A stretch of DNA of 42,137 nt from IMG/VR virus record IMGVR_UViG_3300029109_000001; one strand, written 5' to 3'. This document shows, piece by piece, positions 1 through 7,350 of this stretch. The translations under genes were made by a program, and so were the position numbers. How positions within the stretch are numbered: the first letter of the stretch is position 1; every line of letters starts with the position of its first letter. The notes beneath the pieces were generated by a model. It saw nothing but the letters and a program-made list of their open reading frames with translations, searched no databases and was not told the DNA's origin. The stretch comes from a virus.

Positions 1-1090
1 AAAGGATTTCCGGGTAATTATGGATGGTGAGTTTTTGTGCTTCTCGCACCATTTGGTTAAGTTTGTCCCCTAAATTGCTTGGCGTGAATCCTGTTAATGC
101 TTTTTGTTTGTTTTGTTTGGTGCGGGTTTGTTGCTTCTTCGTTGCTAGTTCCATTAGCGCTGTTTGCGTACCGGCAGGTGATGGGGCTTGTGGTGTTTCG
201 TTAGATTGTTTATCGACAGCTTGCGGAATCTTGGCGTCTAACTCTACTTTCTCGTTGGGTGTCTTTGATGATTCGTGTTGTTTTACGATTGATTGAACGA
301 ATTTTTTAATCCCCAATTGTTTGTTGAGGTCGCGGGAGTTGGCTTCTTTGTTGGCGAGTGCCTCGCAAATACTTATCACGATGTTATGAACATATTTTTC
401 CCCATAAGGACTGCGGAGTATGGTGCCGCTGATGGTGATGCCGGTTATTTCTTCAAAAAATGAGCTCGTGATGATTCGTTCCAGGTTTGTGTACCCACGC
501 TCGTGGACGCGATCAATAACATCTGCGAACCCTTCATACTCATCTCGTAAGTTGATCGCTGTGTAGAAAAACGCAAGAGTTTTTGGGCAGTTATTAGGGT
601 TACGGTTGTATTCGTCTCTGTCTTTTTCGAAGGCTCCCCAGGGCTTCATGGCCGCCCCACCTTGCCCACTTGCGTGTTTGAGTGTGATCCATGGTGCGGC
701 ATCTACTCGGTGCTTAAAGATCACGGCCCTTACTTCGGTGATAGGATTATGCCCCTTCACTATGTTTTCAGCTTGCGTCTGTTGCCTTTCGCTCAGTAGC
801 TGGAGTGTTGGTTTGTGTTGTTGTAGTAGCCGTAACGCGAATAATCTACGGTTCCCTTCTAGAACGATGTACCGGTTTCCGTGGTTAAGAAGGAGAATAT
901 TTTCAGAGGGAGACAGCTCTCCATACTTTACGATGTGTTTTAGCAGTTCAATACAGCTTTGCCATTCCGCTCTAGCCATTTCTCGGATCAGTTCATCTTG
1001 AGAAGGAGTTTCGTTCGCTAGAGTTAATCGGGCGTTTCTATCATCGAAATCTAAGAGATCAACCTTAATAATTTCCGGCATGTTAACCAT
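1..1090 (-). CDS. ParB/Srx-like nuclease-domain protein, N-terminal 363 codons; continues at 42038..41701, about 475 aa in total
   Basis: Hand translation of the minus strand from ATG 1090 gives MVNMPEIIKVDLL...ENILLLNHGNRYIVLEGNRRLFALRLL, which is ParB box II GNRR. The ORF runs off coordinate 1 and stays in frame with 41701..42090(-). About 42% GC. Confidence 0.7.
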   Translation of the reverse strand, partial: MVNMPEIIKVDLLDFDDRNARLTLANETPSQDELIREMARAEWQSCIELLKHIVKYGELSPSENILLLNHGNRYIVLEGNRRLFALRLLQQHKPTLQLLSERQQTQAENIVKGHNPITEVRAVIFKHRVDAAPWITLKHASGQGGAAMKPWGAFEKDRDEYNRNPNNCPKTLAFFYTAINLRDEYEGFADVIDRVHERGYTNLERIITSSFFEEITGITISGTILRSPYGEKYVHNIVISICEALANKEANSRDLNKQLGIKKFVQSIVKQHESSKTPNEKVELDAKIPQAVDKQSNETPQAPSPAGTQTALMELATKKQQTRTKQNKQKALTGFTPSNLGDKLNQMVREAQKLTIHNYPEIL

Positions 1091-1160
1091 GGACTAAGTT
1101 TAACTGTAAAAATGGTAAACCGTTATGAAAAACCAAAAATGATATGGAGATTTAACCAAA

Positions 1161-1190
1161 GAAAACCCCCGGAAGCCCGGGGGTTTGTTG
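1161..1190. terminator. Bidirectional rho-independent terminator-like hairpin
   Basis: Stem cccccgg / ccggggg around loop aagc, with an A-run on one side and tttgttg on the other. Confidence 0.5.
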
Positions 1191-1192
1191 CC

Positions 1193-1426
1193 TTATTGTG
1201 TCGTTTTGATTGGTGAGCCGGGGCGGTTAGCGTGCCAGGTTTTCACCTCCTCTGCGTCCCATAGGGGTGTGCGGCCATCGAGGTGTGCGACTGGTTGGGG
1301 TGTGCGGCCGCCTGCGTGGTAGTTCGCCCAGGTGCGTGGTCCGATACCGCAGCAGGTGGCGCAGTCGATGACTCGCCATAGCACCCGGCCTGTGGCTTGG
1401 TCGGTGATGATAGGGATTACCGTCAT
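1193..1426 (-). CDS. AlpA / excisionase-family HTH DNA-binding protein, 77 aa
   Basis: MTVIPIITDQATGRVLWRVIDCATCCGIGPRTWANYHAGGRTPQPVAHLDGRTPLWDAEEVKTWHA matches the AlpA pattern (FP.Pv.lg.R...W...eV..W). Its ATG overlaps the upstream stop as ATGA. Confidence 0.55.
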   Translation of the reverse strand: MTVIPIITDQATGRVLWRVIDCATCCGIGPRTWANYHAGGRTPQPVAHLDGRTPLWDAEEVKTWHANRPGSPIKTTQ

Positions 1427-1557
1427 TGGTCGAATTCCCGTGCTAGCAGGGTGATGATGCCAATTGTGTAGATCAGTAGCCATAGTGGGTTCGGCCGGGT
1501 GTAGAGGAACACCGCAACGGCAACTGAAATGCCCCATCGGATTGATGTTTTCACCAT
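1423..1557 (-). CDS. Small membrane protein, 44 aa
   Basis: caAGGAGAcaATG start; sequence MVKTSIRWGISVAVAVFLYTRPNPLWLLIYTIGIITLLAREFDQ; translationally coupled to the AlpA-like gene. Confidence 0.5.
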   Translation of the reverse strand: MVKTSIRWGISVAVAVFLYTRPNPLWLLIYTIGIITLLAREFDQ

Positions 1558-1594
1558 TGTCTCCTTGTAAGAAAGGGTAGTGTGGAGGGGTGCC

Positions 1595-1623
1595 CCCCGC
1601 CCCATATATGCCATGGGGCGGGG
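1595..1623. other. 9-bp GC stem-loop between the two small membrane ORFs, with no U-run
   Basis: ccccgcccc-atatatgccat-ggggcgggg. Confidence 0.5.
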
Positions 1624-1626
1624 AGG

Positions 1627-1767
1627 CTACTTCCGCTTTCCGCGCCGGTATCGCTTCACGCCTTTCCGGTGCTTCCCAGGCTTACCGCCTCTTGGGAAAA
1701 ACCAGGCCAGAAGGCCGAGAATAATACCAGCTGCTTCCCACGGACTGGGGGAGCGCCAGGGTGACAT
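1627..1767 (-). CDS. Small membrane protein with a polybasic tail, 46 aa
   Basis: Very strong RBS GGAGGGAGGTGAtgacATG; sequence MSPWRSPSPWEAAGIILGLLAWFFPRGGKPGKHRKGVKRYRRGKRK; lies downstream of a consensus promoter. Confidence 0.5.
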   Translation of the reverse strand: MSPWRSPSPWEAAGIILGLLAWFFPRGGKPGKHRKGVKRYRRGKRK

Positions 1768-1822
1768 GTCATCACCTCCCTCCACTATTGAGTTCTCCCT
1801 GTTCCTTGGTGGAACACTACCC

Positions 1823-1852
1823 ATTATACAGTTCTAGAACGTTACGTGTCAA
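1823..1852 (-). promoter_or_regulatory. Consensus sigma70-type promoter (-35 TTGACA 1852-1847, -10 TATAAT 1828-1823) with the palindrome GTTCTAGAAC in the 18-nt spacer
   Basis: Reverse complement reads TTGACAcgtaacGTTCTAGAACtgTATAAT. Confidence 0.6.
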
Positions 1853-1918
1853 GTGGGGGTATTATAAAAAATAACCCCCACCCTCGTGATGAGGATAGGG
1901 GACTTGGCTTATAACAAT

Positions 1919-2251
1919 CTAGCTATAAAAACCGCGCCGGGGATTAAGAATATCTGCGATCCATCCAATCATGAACAACCCCATTGTGCATGTGTATAGA
2001 ACCCCTTTGCCGATTTTCCCTACATAGTAGTGGTGCAACCCGATGTAGCCACCAAAGAAAAGGCAAAGAAGATAGACCGTGTAGCTCTTGTTGCGTGGTG
2101 CTACGCCAATGGTTGGTCCGACGTGAACGTGAACGGTTTGCTGATTTTGCTGGGTCACGTTGTTTTGGTTCTGATTCCAGGTCTGTGGTCCTTGGGGCCC
2201 TTGAAAATTGTTGAAGTCATTAGGCCCTTAGGGACCATAGTTGTTGGACAT
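1919..2251 (-). pseudogene. TM2-domain membrane protein gene interrupted by an in-frame TAA at codon 8. The ORF caller reports only 1919..2158 from a GTG start.
   Basis: GAGGAGGattttcATG at 2251, then MSNNYGP*GPNDFNNFQGPQGPQTWNQNQNNV-TQQNQQ..., all in frame. The C-terminus carries the TM2 signature YLLCLFFGGYIGLHHYYVGKIGKGVLY. Confidence 0.55.
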
Positions 2252-2287
2252 GAAAATCCTCCTCGAAATTTAAGTAAATATTAAGAA

Positions 2288-2698
2288 TCAGGCTGGTTGT
2301 GCCTGTAGCGAGCATTGGCGTGTAGTTCGGCCTGATCTGTAGAGTCGCCACCAGGTTTTTAGCATGTGTGGGGTGACTCCTAGTTCGGCGGCTATTGCTG
2401 CTGGTTCGAACTCGGTTTCGTAGGCTACACGCTGCACTGCTGCTTCATTGAGTAAGTGGTCGGCTGCCCATTCGTCCGCTTCCCGTTCTGCCTGTGGCGT
2501 GGAACAGTCATGGGCGTAATAGGCGTGTCCGAGTTCGTGCGCTACCGCACACGCTCGCGTGACGGGATCGAGCCCAGCCCGAACATAAACTGCCCGGCCG
2601 GGGCGGTAAAACACCGCATTGTATGAGGTATCTAATCGTCTACTTTCGACGACCGTGATACCCATGGAGAGAGCCAAATCATCAATAGGTAGATTCAT
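2288..2698 (-). CDS. ImmA/IrrE-family zinc metallopeptidase
   Basis: HEXXH motif AHELGHAYYAHD; sits next to an HTH repressor; RBS AGAGGGAtaaATG. Confidence 0.75.
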   Translation of the reverse strand: MNLPIDDLALSMGITVVESRRLDTSYNAVFYRPGRAVYVRAGLDPVTRACAVAHELGHAYYAHDCSTPQAEREADEWAADHLLNEAAVQRVAYETEFEPAAIAAELGVTPHMLKTWWRLYRSGRTTRQCSLQAQPA

Positions 2699-2853
2699 TT
2701 ATCCCTCTATTTCTATTATGGGGAAGGTAAATGAATTATAGGCAAGGGTTAAGGTTTTTCTCAATAAAGTGAGATATTTCCCACGTTGATATTCGAGGGG
2801 AAAGTATAAAAAGAAATTTATAGATACACGTAATTGACCGGTTTTGGCCGGAA

Positions 2854-3366
2854 TTAGGGGGTATTTTCTTCCAATGGCGGCGTGCGCTTCTGAGCTGCGA
2901 ATTTGACTTTCCCCGCATTGATCTGCTCAATGATTGCATCATGATCCACCTCGGCGGAAACATCCGGCTTGAGCTCAGGTTTTAGTTCATTTGCTACGTC
3001 ATTGCGGGATGGGGTGTTGCTTTGTACTACGGAATCGAAGTTTTCTTCCCATATGTCGTCTTTTGAATCGACTCGCCTGGCTAATTCTCGAATTAGTTGA
3101 CGGTCGGTGAGTAGCTGTGCGACTGAAGTTTCATTGATTCCTATCGCTTCTTTGGCTGTGATGTATCCAGTGGCGACCAGCGCCTTGACGGGGGACTCCC
3201 CATAGCCACGAGCGATAGCGATGACGACTTCAGCAGTAAAAACCCCCTTATTGATTTGCCGATTCACTGTTGCTACAGAGATTTGAGAGCGATTGGCAAT
3301 TGCTCGCCCACTTGCATCCCCTGCTAGCCCTTTGATCCATTTTAGGTGATCTGTCATGCGTTCCAT
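2854..3366 (-). CDS. CI-like HTH phage repressor (ImmR-type)
   Basis: HTH GRAIANRSQISVATVNRQINKG; divergent from the Cro-like gene across an operator region. Confidence 0.7.
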   Translation of the reverse strand: MERMTDHLKWIKGLAGDASGRAIANRSQISVATVNRQINKGVFTAEVVIAIARGYGESPVKALVATGYITAKEAIGINETSVAQLLTDRQLIRELARRVDSKDDIWEENFDSVVQSNTPSRNDVANELKPELKPDVSAEVDHDAIIEQINAGKVKFAAQKRTPPLEENTP

Positions 3367-3510
3367 TATCCACTACATAGCATTATTGCGCAAGTTGGGT
3401 CGGCCCATTTAAGTGCGTAAATGATGAAATTTGTGTATCCACTTGCGCATATTGGACGCTATGTCTTATAGTGATTCATGTAGCGCAAATTGAATCACTG
3501 GGAGGTGGAT
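3367..3510. promoter_or_regulatory. Immunity switch region with three operator-like repeats (YGCGCAWRTTGR)
   Basis: tTGCGCAAgTTGG at 3386-3398 (core TTGCGCAA palindromic), cTTGCGCAtaTTGG at 3442-3455, taGCGCAAaTTGA at 3482-3494; TATAGT -10 at 3468-3473. Confidence 0.55.
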
Positions 3511-3738
3511 ATGCGGTACAAATTGAGCCCCTTAGTGCTCGACAAAATTCGGTCTAACCGTGGTTTTTCTTCAGACGCCCAGTTAGCCCATGAGGTGGGT
3601 GTAACGGTAGGGACAATTAGCAATATTCGCAGGGGCGCTACCCCCAGCTTTAAAACCGCGATCAGGCTGTTGGAATTGGCTGATATCACCGACATGCGTG
3701 CAGCCATTGTCAAAGTTGCAGAGGCCCCTGCTGCGTGA
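3511..3738 (+). CDS. Cro-like HTH regulator, 75 aa
   Basis: GGGAGGTGGatATG start; HTH DAQLAHEVGVTVGTISNIRRG. The ORF track's TTG start at 3490 overlaps the operator. Confidence 0.65.
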   Translation: MRYKLSPLVLDKIRSNRGFSSDAQLAHEVGVTVGTISNIRRGATPSFKTAIRLLELADITDMRAAIVKVAEAPAA

Positions 3739-3780
3739 TTCGCGCCGGGGCGTCGTAAAGCAAAGAAAGGAAAAGGGAAA

Positions 3781-4293
3781 ATGACGCAGTTTTTTATGAA
3801 ACGTCTGCGTATGTTGTCTGGGCCACCGGTTTTAGCGAGTGTCCGAAAGGTCCCGGTCTTCGGGGAACACAATATCGTTACTGTAGACCTCGATTCGCCG
3901 GTGTCCGTACCGGTTACCCGAATGAAGGAAATCGAGTACCTCGTCGAATTCATCCTCCGTCAGATTGCGTCTGAAATAGGAGTTCGGGACTTCCGGGATG
4001 AAAAAGTCGATTTCATCCTCAGCAGTCACGTAGGTCGGGTCAAATCCTTCAACGCTCAGGTGGAACGGCACACCATCCTTGTCCAGCTGGTTGATACACC
4101 AGCGGAGGAGGGGGAACGCCCAGTCCGTAATCTCGTATTGGTCCATATTGATTTGAAGTATCCACGTTTGGTGCATGTACGCAGAATACTGCGAAAACTA
4201 CGAGTTCGCTGGGTAATGGCTAAAGACGTGTTTGGCGGTAAGGACTTTGTCAGTGTGAAAAATATTGATAAGGGGAAAGACTCCGATGCGTGA
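3781..4293 (+). CDS. Hypothetical early protein, 170 aa (plus-strand reading of an ambiguous locus)
   Basis: Strong RBS AAAGGAAAAGGGAAAATG; its stop overlaps the next start (ATGCGTGA). The protein is V/R-rich, which also fits the antisense of an acidic gene. Confidence 0.4.
   Translation: MTQFFMKRLRMLSGPPVLASVRKVPVFGEHNIVTVDLDSPVSVPVTRMKEIEYLVEFILRQIASEIGVRDFRDEKVDFILSSHVGRVKSFNAQVERHTILVQLVDTPAEEGERPVRNLVLVHIDLKYPRLVHVRRILRKLRVRWVMAKDVFGGKDFVSVKNIDKGKDSDA
3832..4176 (-). CDS. Alternative reading of the same locus: a very acidic 114-aa protein
   Basis: Natural-looking composition, net charge about -16, but no clear RBS. It would need divergent promoters in 4177-4285. Confidence 0.3.
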   Translation of the reverse strand: MHQTWILQINMDQYEITDWAFPLLRWCINQLDKDGVPFHLSVEGFDPTYVTAEDEIDFFIPEVPNSYFRRNLTEDEFDEVLDFLHSGNRYGHRRIEVYSNDIVFPEDRDLSDTR

Positions 4294-4474
4294 GGTAATG
4301 ATTGCCCCGCAGTGGCTGACGGTCAAGCAGGCTGCGGAGTATATGCAGGTTAGCACGGATACGGTGGAGAAATTAATTGCGGAGAAAGCGTTGGTGGCGA
4401 CGTATTTCAGCCAGCGCACCCGGCGGATCAACCGTGACTCGATCGAAGCGCTAGCGAAGGAAAATCTGGTTTAG
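4286..4474 (+). CDS. Excisionase-family HTH DNA-binding protein (HTH_17-like), 62 aa
   Basis: AAGGGGAAAgactccgATG start; HTH-like motif LTVKQAAEYMQVSTDTVEKLI. Confidence 0.6.
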   Translation: MREVMIAPQWLTVKQAAEYMQVSTDTVEKLIAEKALVATYFSQRTRRINRDSIEALAKENLV

Positions 4475-4486
4475 AAGGAGTTGATT

Positions 4487-5050
4487 GTGATGGGTGAAGA
4501 TATTGATCTGGAGAAGGAAATGCGCTTCCTTGTGGGTTTGACGGAGGAGTTAGCTCCTGTCAAGGTGAGTGCCTTTCGAGATGCGTGTGTGCGTGCAGTG
4601 AAAAGTAAGAGTGGTAAGGATGAGGACAAAAGCCTTGATGTGCTGGCGCGTGATGCGTTAGCTGAACTTGGCCTGTCGGTAAGGGACCTGACTAAGCAAC
4701 AGTTAGCTAGTGTTCGGGCGGCTTGTGGTATTTACCGATATGTCGCCGATGTTCTTAATGATAAGACGATCAACCTGGACGATCTGAAGGAAGCCGCCGG
4801 GGGTAAGGAAGACTCTGAGTCTGAGGGTCAGAGCGAAAGTGCTTCTGAAGAGTCGTTGGGTGATGTGCTGGTGGAGGTGTCCAACCCTCGTGTAGAGGTG
4901 CAGATCACCACGACAGGTGTGATGATCCGCCCGCAGACCGGGGAACAGCGCCTGTGGCTGAGTACCGCTGACGCGAAGTTCTTGGCGACGGTGGTCAATA
5001 ACCGGCCGGGATTGGTGAGCGATACGTGGTTCACCAAGGGGGGTGAATAA
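4487..5050 (+). CDS. Hypothetical protein
   Basis: GAAGGAG RBS; acidic Ser/Glu-rich linker; its TAA stop overlaps the next ATG. Confidence 0.55.
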   Translation: MMGEDIDLEKEMRFLVGLTEELAPVKVSAFRDACVRAVKSKSGKDEDKSLDVLARDALAELGLSVRDLTKQQLASVRAACGIYRYVADVLNDKTINLDDLKEAAGGKEDSESEGQSESASEESLGDVLVEVSNPRVEVQITTTGVMIRPQTGEQRLWLSTADAKFLATVVNNRPGLVSDTWFTKGGE

Positions 5051-5682
5051 TGTCAGCGTTTTTCGATGGTTCCGTAGTTATCGCCGTGGCTGAGCGTGTA
5101 CGAGATGACGCTATCGCGGTTTATCCCGGTTGGTGTTCTCCAAGTGATATGGAAGTCAAGGATAGTGGTGACGGTTTCCCCTTTGCCCCCAGAGACATAT
5201 ACCCCGGATCTACTACGGGGCCACTGGCTGGGGTGCTTAGCGACTTCATCGAAATGTTCTTGAAGCACGCCGCTGATGTCGAAACTAATCTCATCAAAAC
5301 CGGCCACTTCCTTACGGAAACAGTGCGCTACAGGACTGCCTTCACGCTTGACGAAGACGGCAACGTTAAAAGCATCATGGGGGCTGCCATTCCGAACAGT
5401 GACGGCACCATTGTTGTCATCAATTTGGATTTGCCAGTCGTAGATGAGATTGTCCGTGGTTGCTGCGAGCGCCCGATCGCTGATCGTGTTCGCGTCTTCA
5501 GCCAGCTTGTTCGCTATTTCCGAGATGCGGTTGGCTTCCATAGCAGTATCGAGGCTTTCCCGAGCGGTTTCGTTAGCGGTTTCGGCAAGGCTATTGGCCT
5601 TCTTACTGATGCGATTCGCGTGTACCGCAAGCAGCAGGCCACCGGCCCCGGTGGCGGCTCCGATGATCCCAAGGATGATTGA
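5050..5682 (+). CDS. Hypothetical protein, 210 aa (favoured reading of an ambiguous locus)
   Basis: GGGGGGtgaataATG start, coupled to the upstream gene as taATG. Confidence 0.4.
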   Translation: MSAFFDGSVVIAVAERVRDDAIAVYPGWCSPSDMEVKDSGDGFPFAPRDIYPGSTTGPLAGVLSDFIEMFLKHAADVETNLIKTGHFLTETVRYRTAFTLDEDGNVKSIMGAAIPNSDGTIVVINLDLPVVDEIVRGCCERPIADRVRVFSQLVRYFRDAVGFHSSIEAFPSGFVSGFGKAIGLLTDAIRVYRKQQATGPGGGSDDPKDD

Positions 5683-5691
5683 TGAATCCAC
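5053..5691 (-). CDS. Alternative antisense reading: TM plus coiled-coil protein, 212 aa
   Basis: GTG start with no SD. Its stop lies 2 bp from the stop of a convergent gene, which argues against it, but the product looks very protein-like (IILGIIGAATGAGGLLLAV TM helix). Confidence 0.25.
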   Translation of the reverse strand: MDSSIILGIIGAATGAGGLLLAVHANRISKKANSLAETANETARESLDTAMEANRISEIANKLAEDANTISDRALAATTDNLIYDWQIQIDDNNGAVTVRNGSPHDAFNVAVFVKREGSPVAHCFRKEVAGFDEISFDISGVLQEHFDEVAKHPSQWPRSRSGVYVSGGKGETVTTILDFHITWRTPTGINRDSVISYTLSHGDNYGTIEKR

Positions 5692-5746
5692 GTGGCCTAT
5701 TGAAGCAGACGGGGCGAATTGTCATAAAGCGAAACGGGGTTTTGTG

Positions 5747-5923
5747 ATGTCACGTTACATGTCAACCCGGGAGGCAGCGGAGTATCTGCGGATTTCAACC
5801 CGCACGTTGCAGCGATATGCAAGGGAAGGGCGACTGTCTCGGATCCGACTTTCTCGGCAAAAGATTTTGTACATCCGTGCGGAGGTAGAGGAGCTGGTGG
5901 AGCGCAACACCTATCGCATCTAG
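5747..5923 (+). CDS. Excisionase-family HTH DNA-binding protein (paralog of 4286..4474), 58 aa
   Basis: MSTREAAEYLRISTRTLQRYAREGRL; GGGG then 7 nt then ATG. Confidence 0.6.
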   Translation: MSRYMSTREAAEYLRISTRTLQRYAREGRLSRIRLSRQKILYIRAEVEELVERNTYRI

Positions 5924-5967
5924 ACAGGCTATCTCAGCCCCGCTGCCGGCGGGTTATCCGGCACCAG

Positions 5968-6038
5968 GCCCATGAAATGGCCGCATCCTTCCGGGCTTCA
6001 TATGGATGCTGCGGGTTCGACCCCCGCCATGGGCACCA
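5968..6038 (+). other. tRNA-like fragment with an intact acceptor stem, T-arm, discriminator and CCA, but no canonical D or anticodon arms
   Basis: GCCCATG ... GCGGG-TTCGACC-CCCGC-CATGGGC-A-CCA. The T-loop matches TTCRANY; the 36-nt interior does not fold as a cloverleaf. Confidence 0.45.
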
Positions 6039-6087
6039 AGCACCACGAGGTGTGGTGCGTAAACCTCTTCAAGAGAAAGGAATAACA

Positions 6088-6732
6088 ATGATGAGTAGTG
6101 CGGATTTGGGGGCTGGTGTGGTGAGCATGCCTTTGGGGTGTGACGGTTCGCTGGTGCAGATTCACCTGCACGTTCACGCAGATGCCGATCAGGATTGCAC
6201 GATCGACCTGGTGACCACGGGTGAAGGGATTCAGATTCGGCTGCGGGGCGTGTACCAGGATGCGCTGCGGCTGGATGATGAGGATCAGGCTTCTGTTGAT
6301 GTGGATGATCCGATTGATATTGATGTGGATGATCTCCTGAAGCATTGGGATGACGAGGGTGATGGCGATGATGATGGTGCTGCCGCAGGGGAGGCTGCCC
6401 AGGGTGACTCGTATCCCGCTCTGAAGCCGTTACCGCAGGATGATGCCACGCACGTGTACCTGGGAAAGCTTTTCGACTGGACTGTTGCTGAGCGTGTCGA
6501 TGATGGTGTGGCTTTCACCCGTGGTGAGCGTGAACTGTTTCGGGTGCCGGAGGAGCGGTTCGAGGAGATGCGTAACTTGTTTGTCCTGGAGGATACCGGC
6601 CTTATCACTATGCATGTTGATGGTTTCCGCATCGTCCGTGAGGACTGGGATGCGTGCATCTTTGATGGTGACATCTTCTTTGAGGCGATCCCGGCTGAAA
6701 AGTTCGCCACGCTGACTCGCTTGTTCACGTAG
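6088..6732 (+). CDS. Highly acidic hypothetical protein, 214 aa
   Basis: GAAAGGAataacaATGATG start; contains DEDQASVDVDDPIDIDVDDLLKHWDDEGDGDDDG. The 5977 start in the ORF track overlaps the tRNA-like fragment. Confidence 0.55.
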   Translation: MMSSADLGAGVVSMPLGCDGSLVQIHLHVHADADQDCTIDLVTTGEGIQIRLRGVYQDALRLDDEDQASVDVDDPIDIDVDDLLKHWDDEGDGDDDGAAAGEAAQGDSYPALKPLPQDDATHVYLGKLFDWTVAERVDDGVAFTRGERELFRVPEERFEEMRNLFVLEDTGLITMHVDGFRIVREDWDACIFDGDIFFEAIPAEKFATLTRLFT

Positions 6733-6832
6733 CGGCCGGTTTCACCCCACCCCCTTGATAATTTTGGTCCCCCGCTGGGGAAGGCGGGGGACTGCATAAA
6801 ACACATTCCCAAGACCAGAGAAAGGAAAAGAA

Positions 6833-7021
6833 ATGTCCTGGAAACGTATCGGGCAGTCTACCACCTATGAGGCCCACCTGGCGTATAAGTCGTTACGCCG
6901 TCACGCTGCGGGTAAGAAAATGACCGCTGCTGGGCGGCGGGCGATGTTGAACATGGGCTACATCGACGAGGACGGTGCGATCACCGTAATCGGCAAGCAT
7001 GTGCTCCGTGGCGGCGACTAA
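6833..7021 (+). CDS. Hypothetical small protein
   Basis: GAGAAAGGAAAAGAAATG start. Confidence 0.5.
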   Translation: MSWKRIGQSTTYEAHLAYKSLRRHAAGKKMTAAGRRAMLNMGYIDEDGAITVIGKHVLRGGD

Positions 7022-7053
7022 CCGCTGTGGCGCAATTGAAATGAAAGAAGGAA

Positions 7054-7350
7054 ATGATGACCGAGATTGATAAAGGGAAAACAATCATGAGCCAGCTGCA
7101 ATTGAAGCTGCGGATCCGGCTGCGGCCGGGTGTGGAGCGAATCGGCGTTTTCGGTGCTTTCACCGGCCAGTCGTACCCGGATTTGTGGGAAGTTTTGTGG
7201 GGCGGGGAGCTCATCGCCTCGTTCCGTAGCTGGGGTGATGCGGTGGCGTACGCCCACATGAAACTGGTTGCGGCCCAGCAGGAACGATATATGGCGTTAG
7301 TGCGGACCGCTACTCGGCCGCCCCGCCGGTTGGCACTGGAGGCTGCATAA
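7054..7350 (+). CDS. Hypothetical protein (alternative start 7087)
   Basis: Open frame in a compact plus-strand operon; RBS AAAGGGAAAAcaatcATG at 7087. Confidence 0.5.
   Translation: MMTEIDKGKTIMSQLQLKLRIRLRPGVERIGVFGAFTGQSYPDLWEVLWGGELIASFRSWGDAVAYAHMKLVAAQQERYMALVRTATRPPRRLALEAA

Noticed and set aside
1627-1824. 65-aa version of the small membrane ORF starting at ATG 1824
   Set aside because: That ATG overlaps the -10 element of the consensus promoter. The internal ATG at 1767 has a far stronger RBS.
2159-2287. Imperfect GGTCC...GGGCC and GCCC...GGGACC repeats as a regulatory inverted repeat
   Set aside because: The halves are not reverse complements of one another. The region is better read as coding sequence of the interrupted TM2 gene.
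5444-5923. 159-aa ORF covering the HTH gene
   Set aside because: Its N-terminal 100 aa are low-complexity and overlap 5050..5682. The HTH domain starts at ATG 5747, which has its own RBS.
5968-6038. Complete tRNA gene
   Set aside because: The acceptor and T-arm are perfect, but the interior 36 nt cannot form canonical D and anticodon arms. U33 and the anticodon stem fail in every register tried.
5977-6087. N-terminal extension of the acidic protein ORF
   Set aside because: It overlaps the tRNA-like fragment and is Cys/Gly/Arg-rich. The GAAAGGA RBS and ATGATG at 6088 mark the likely start.
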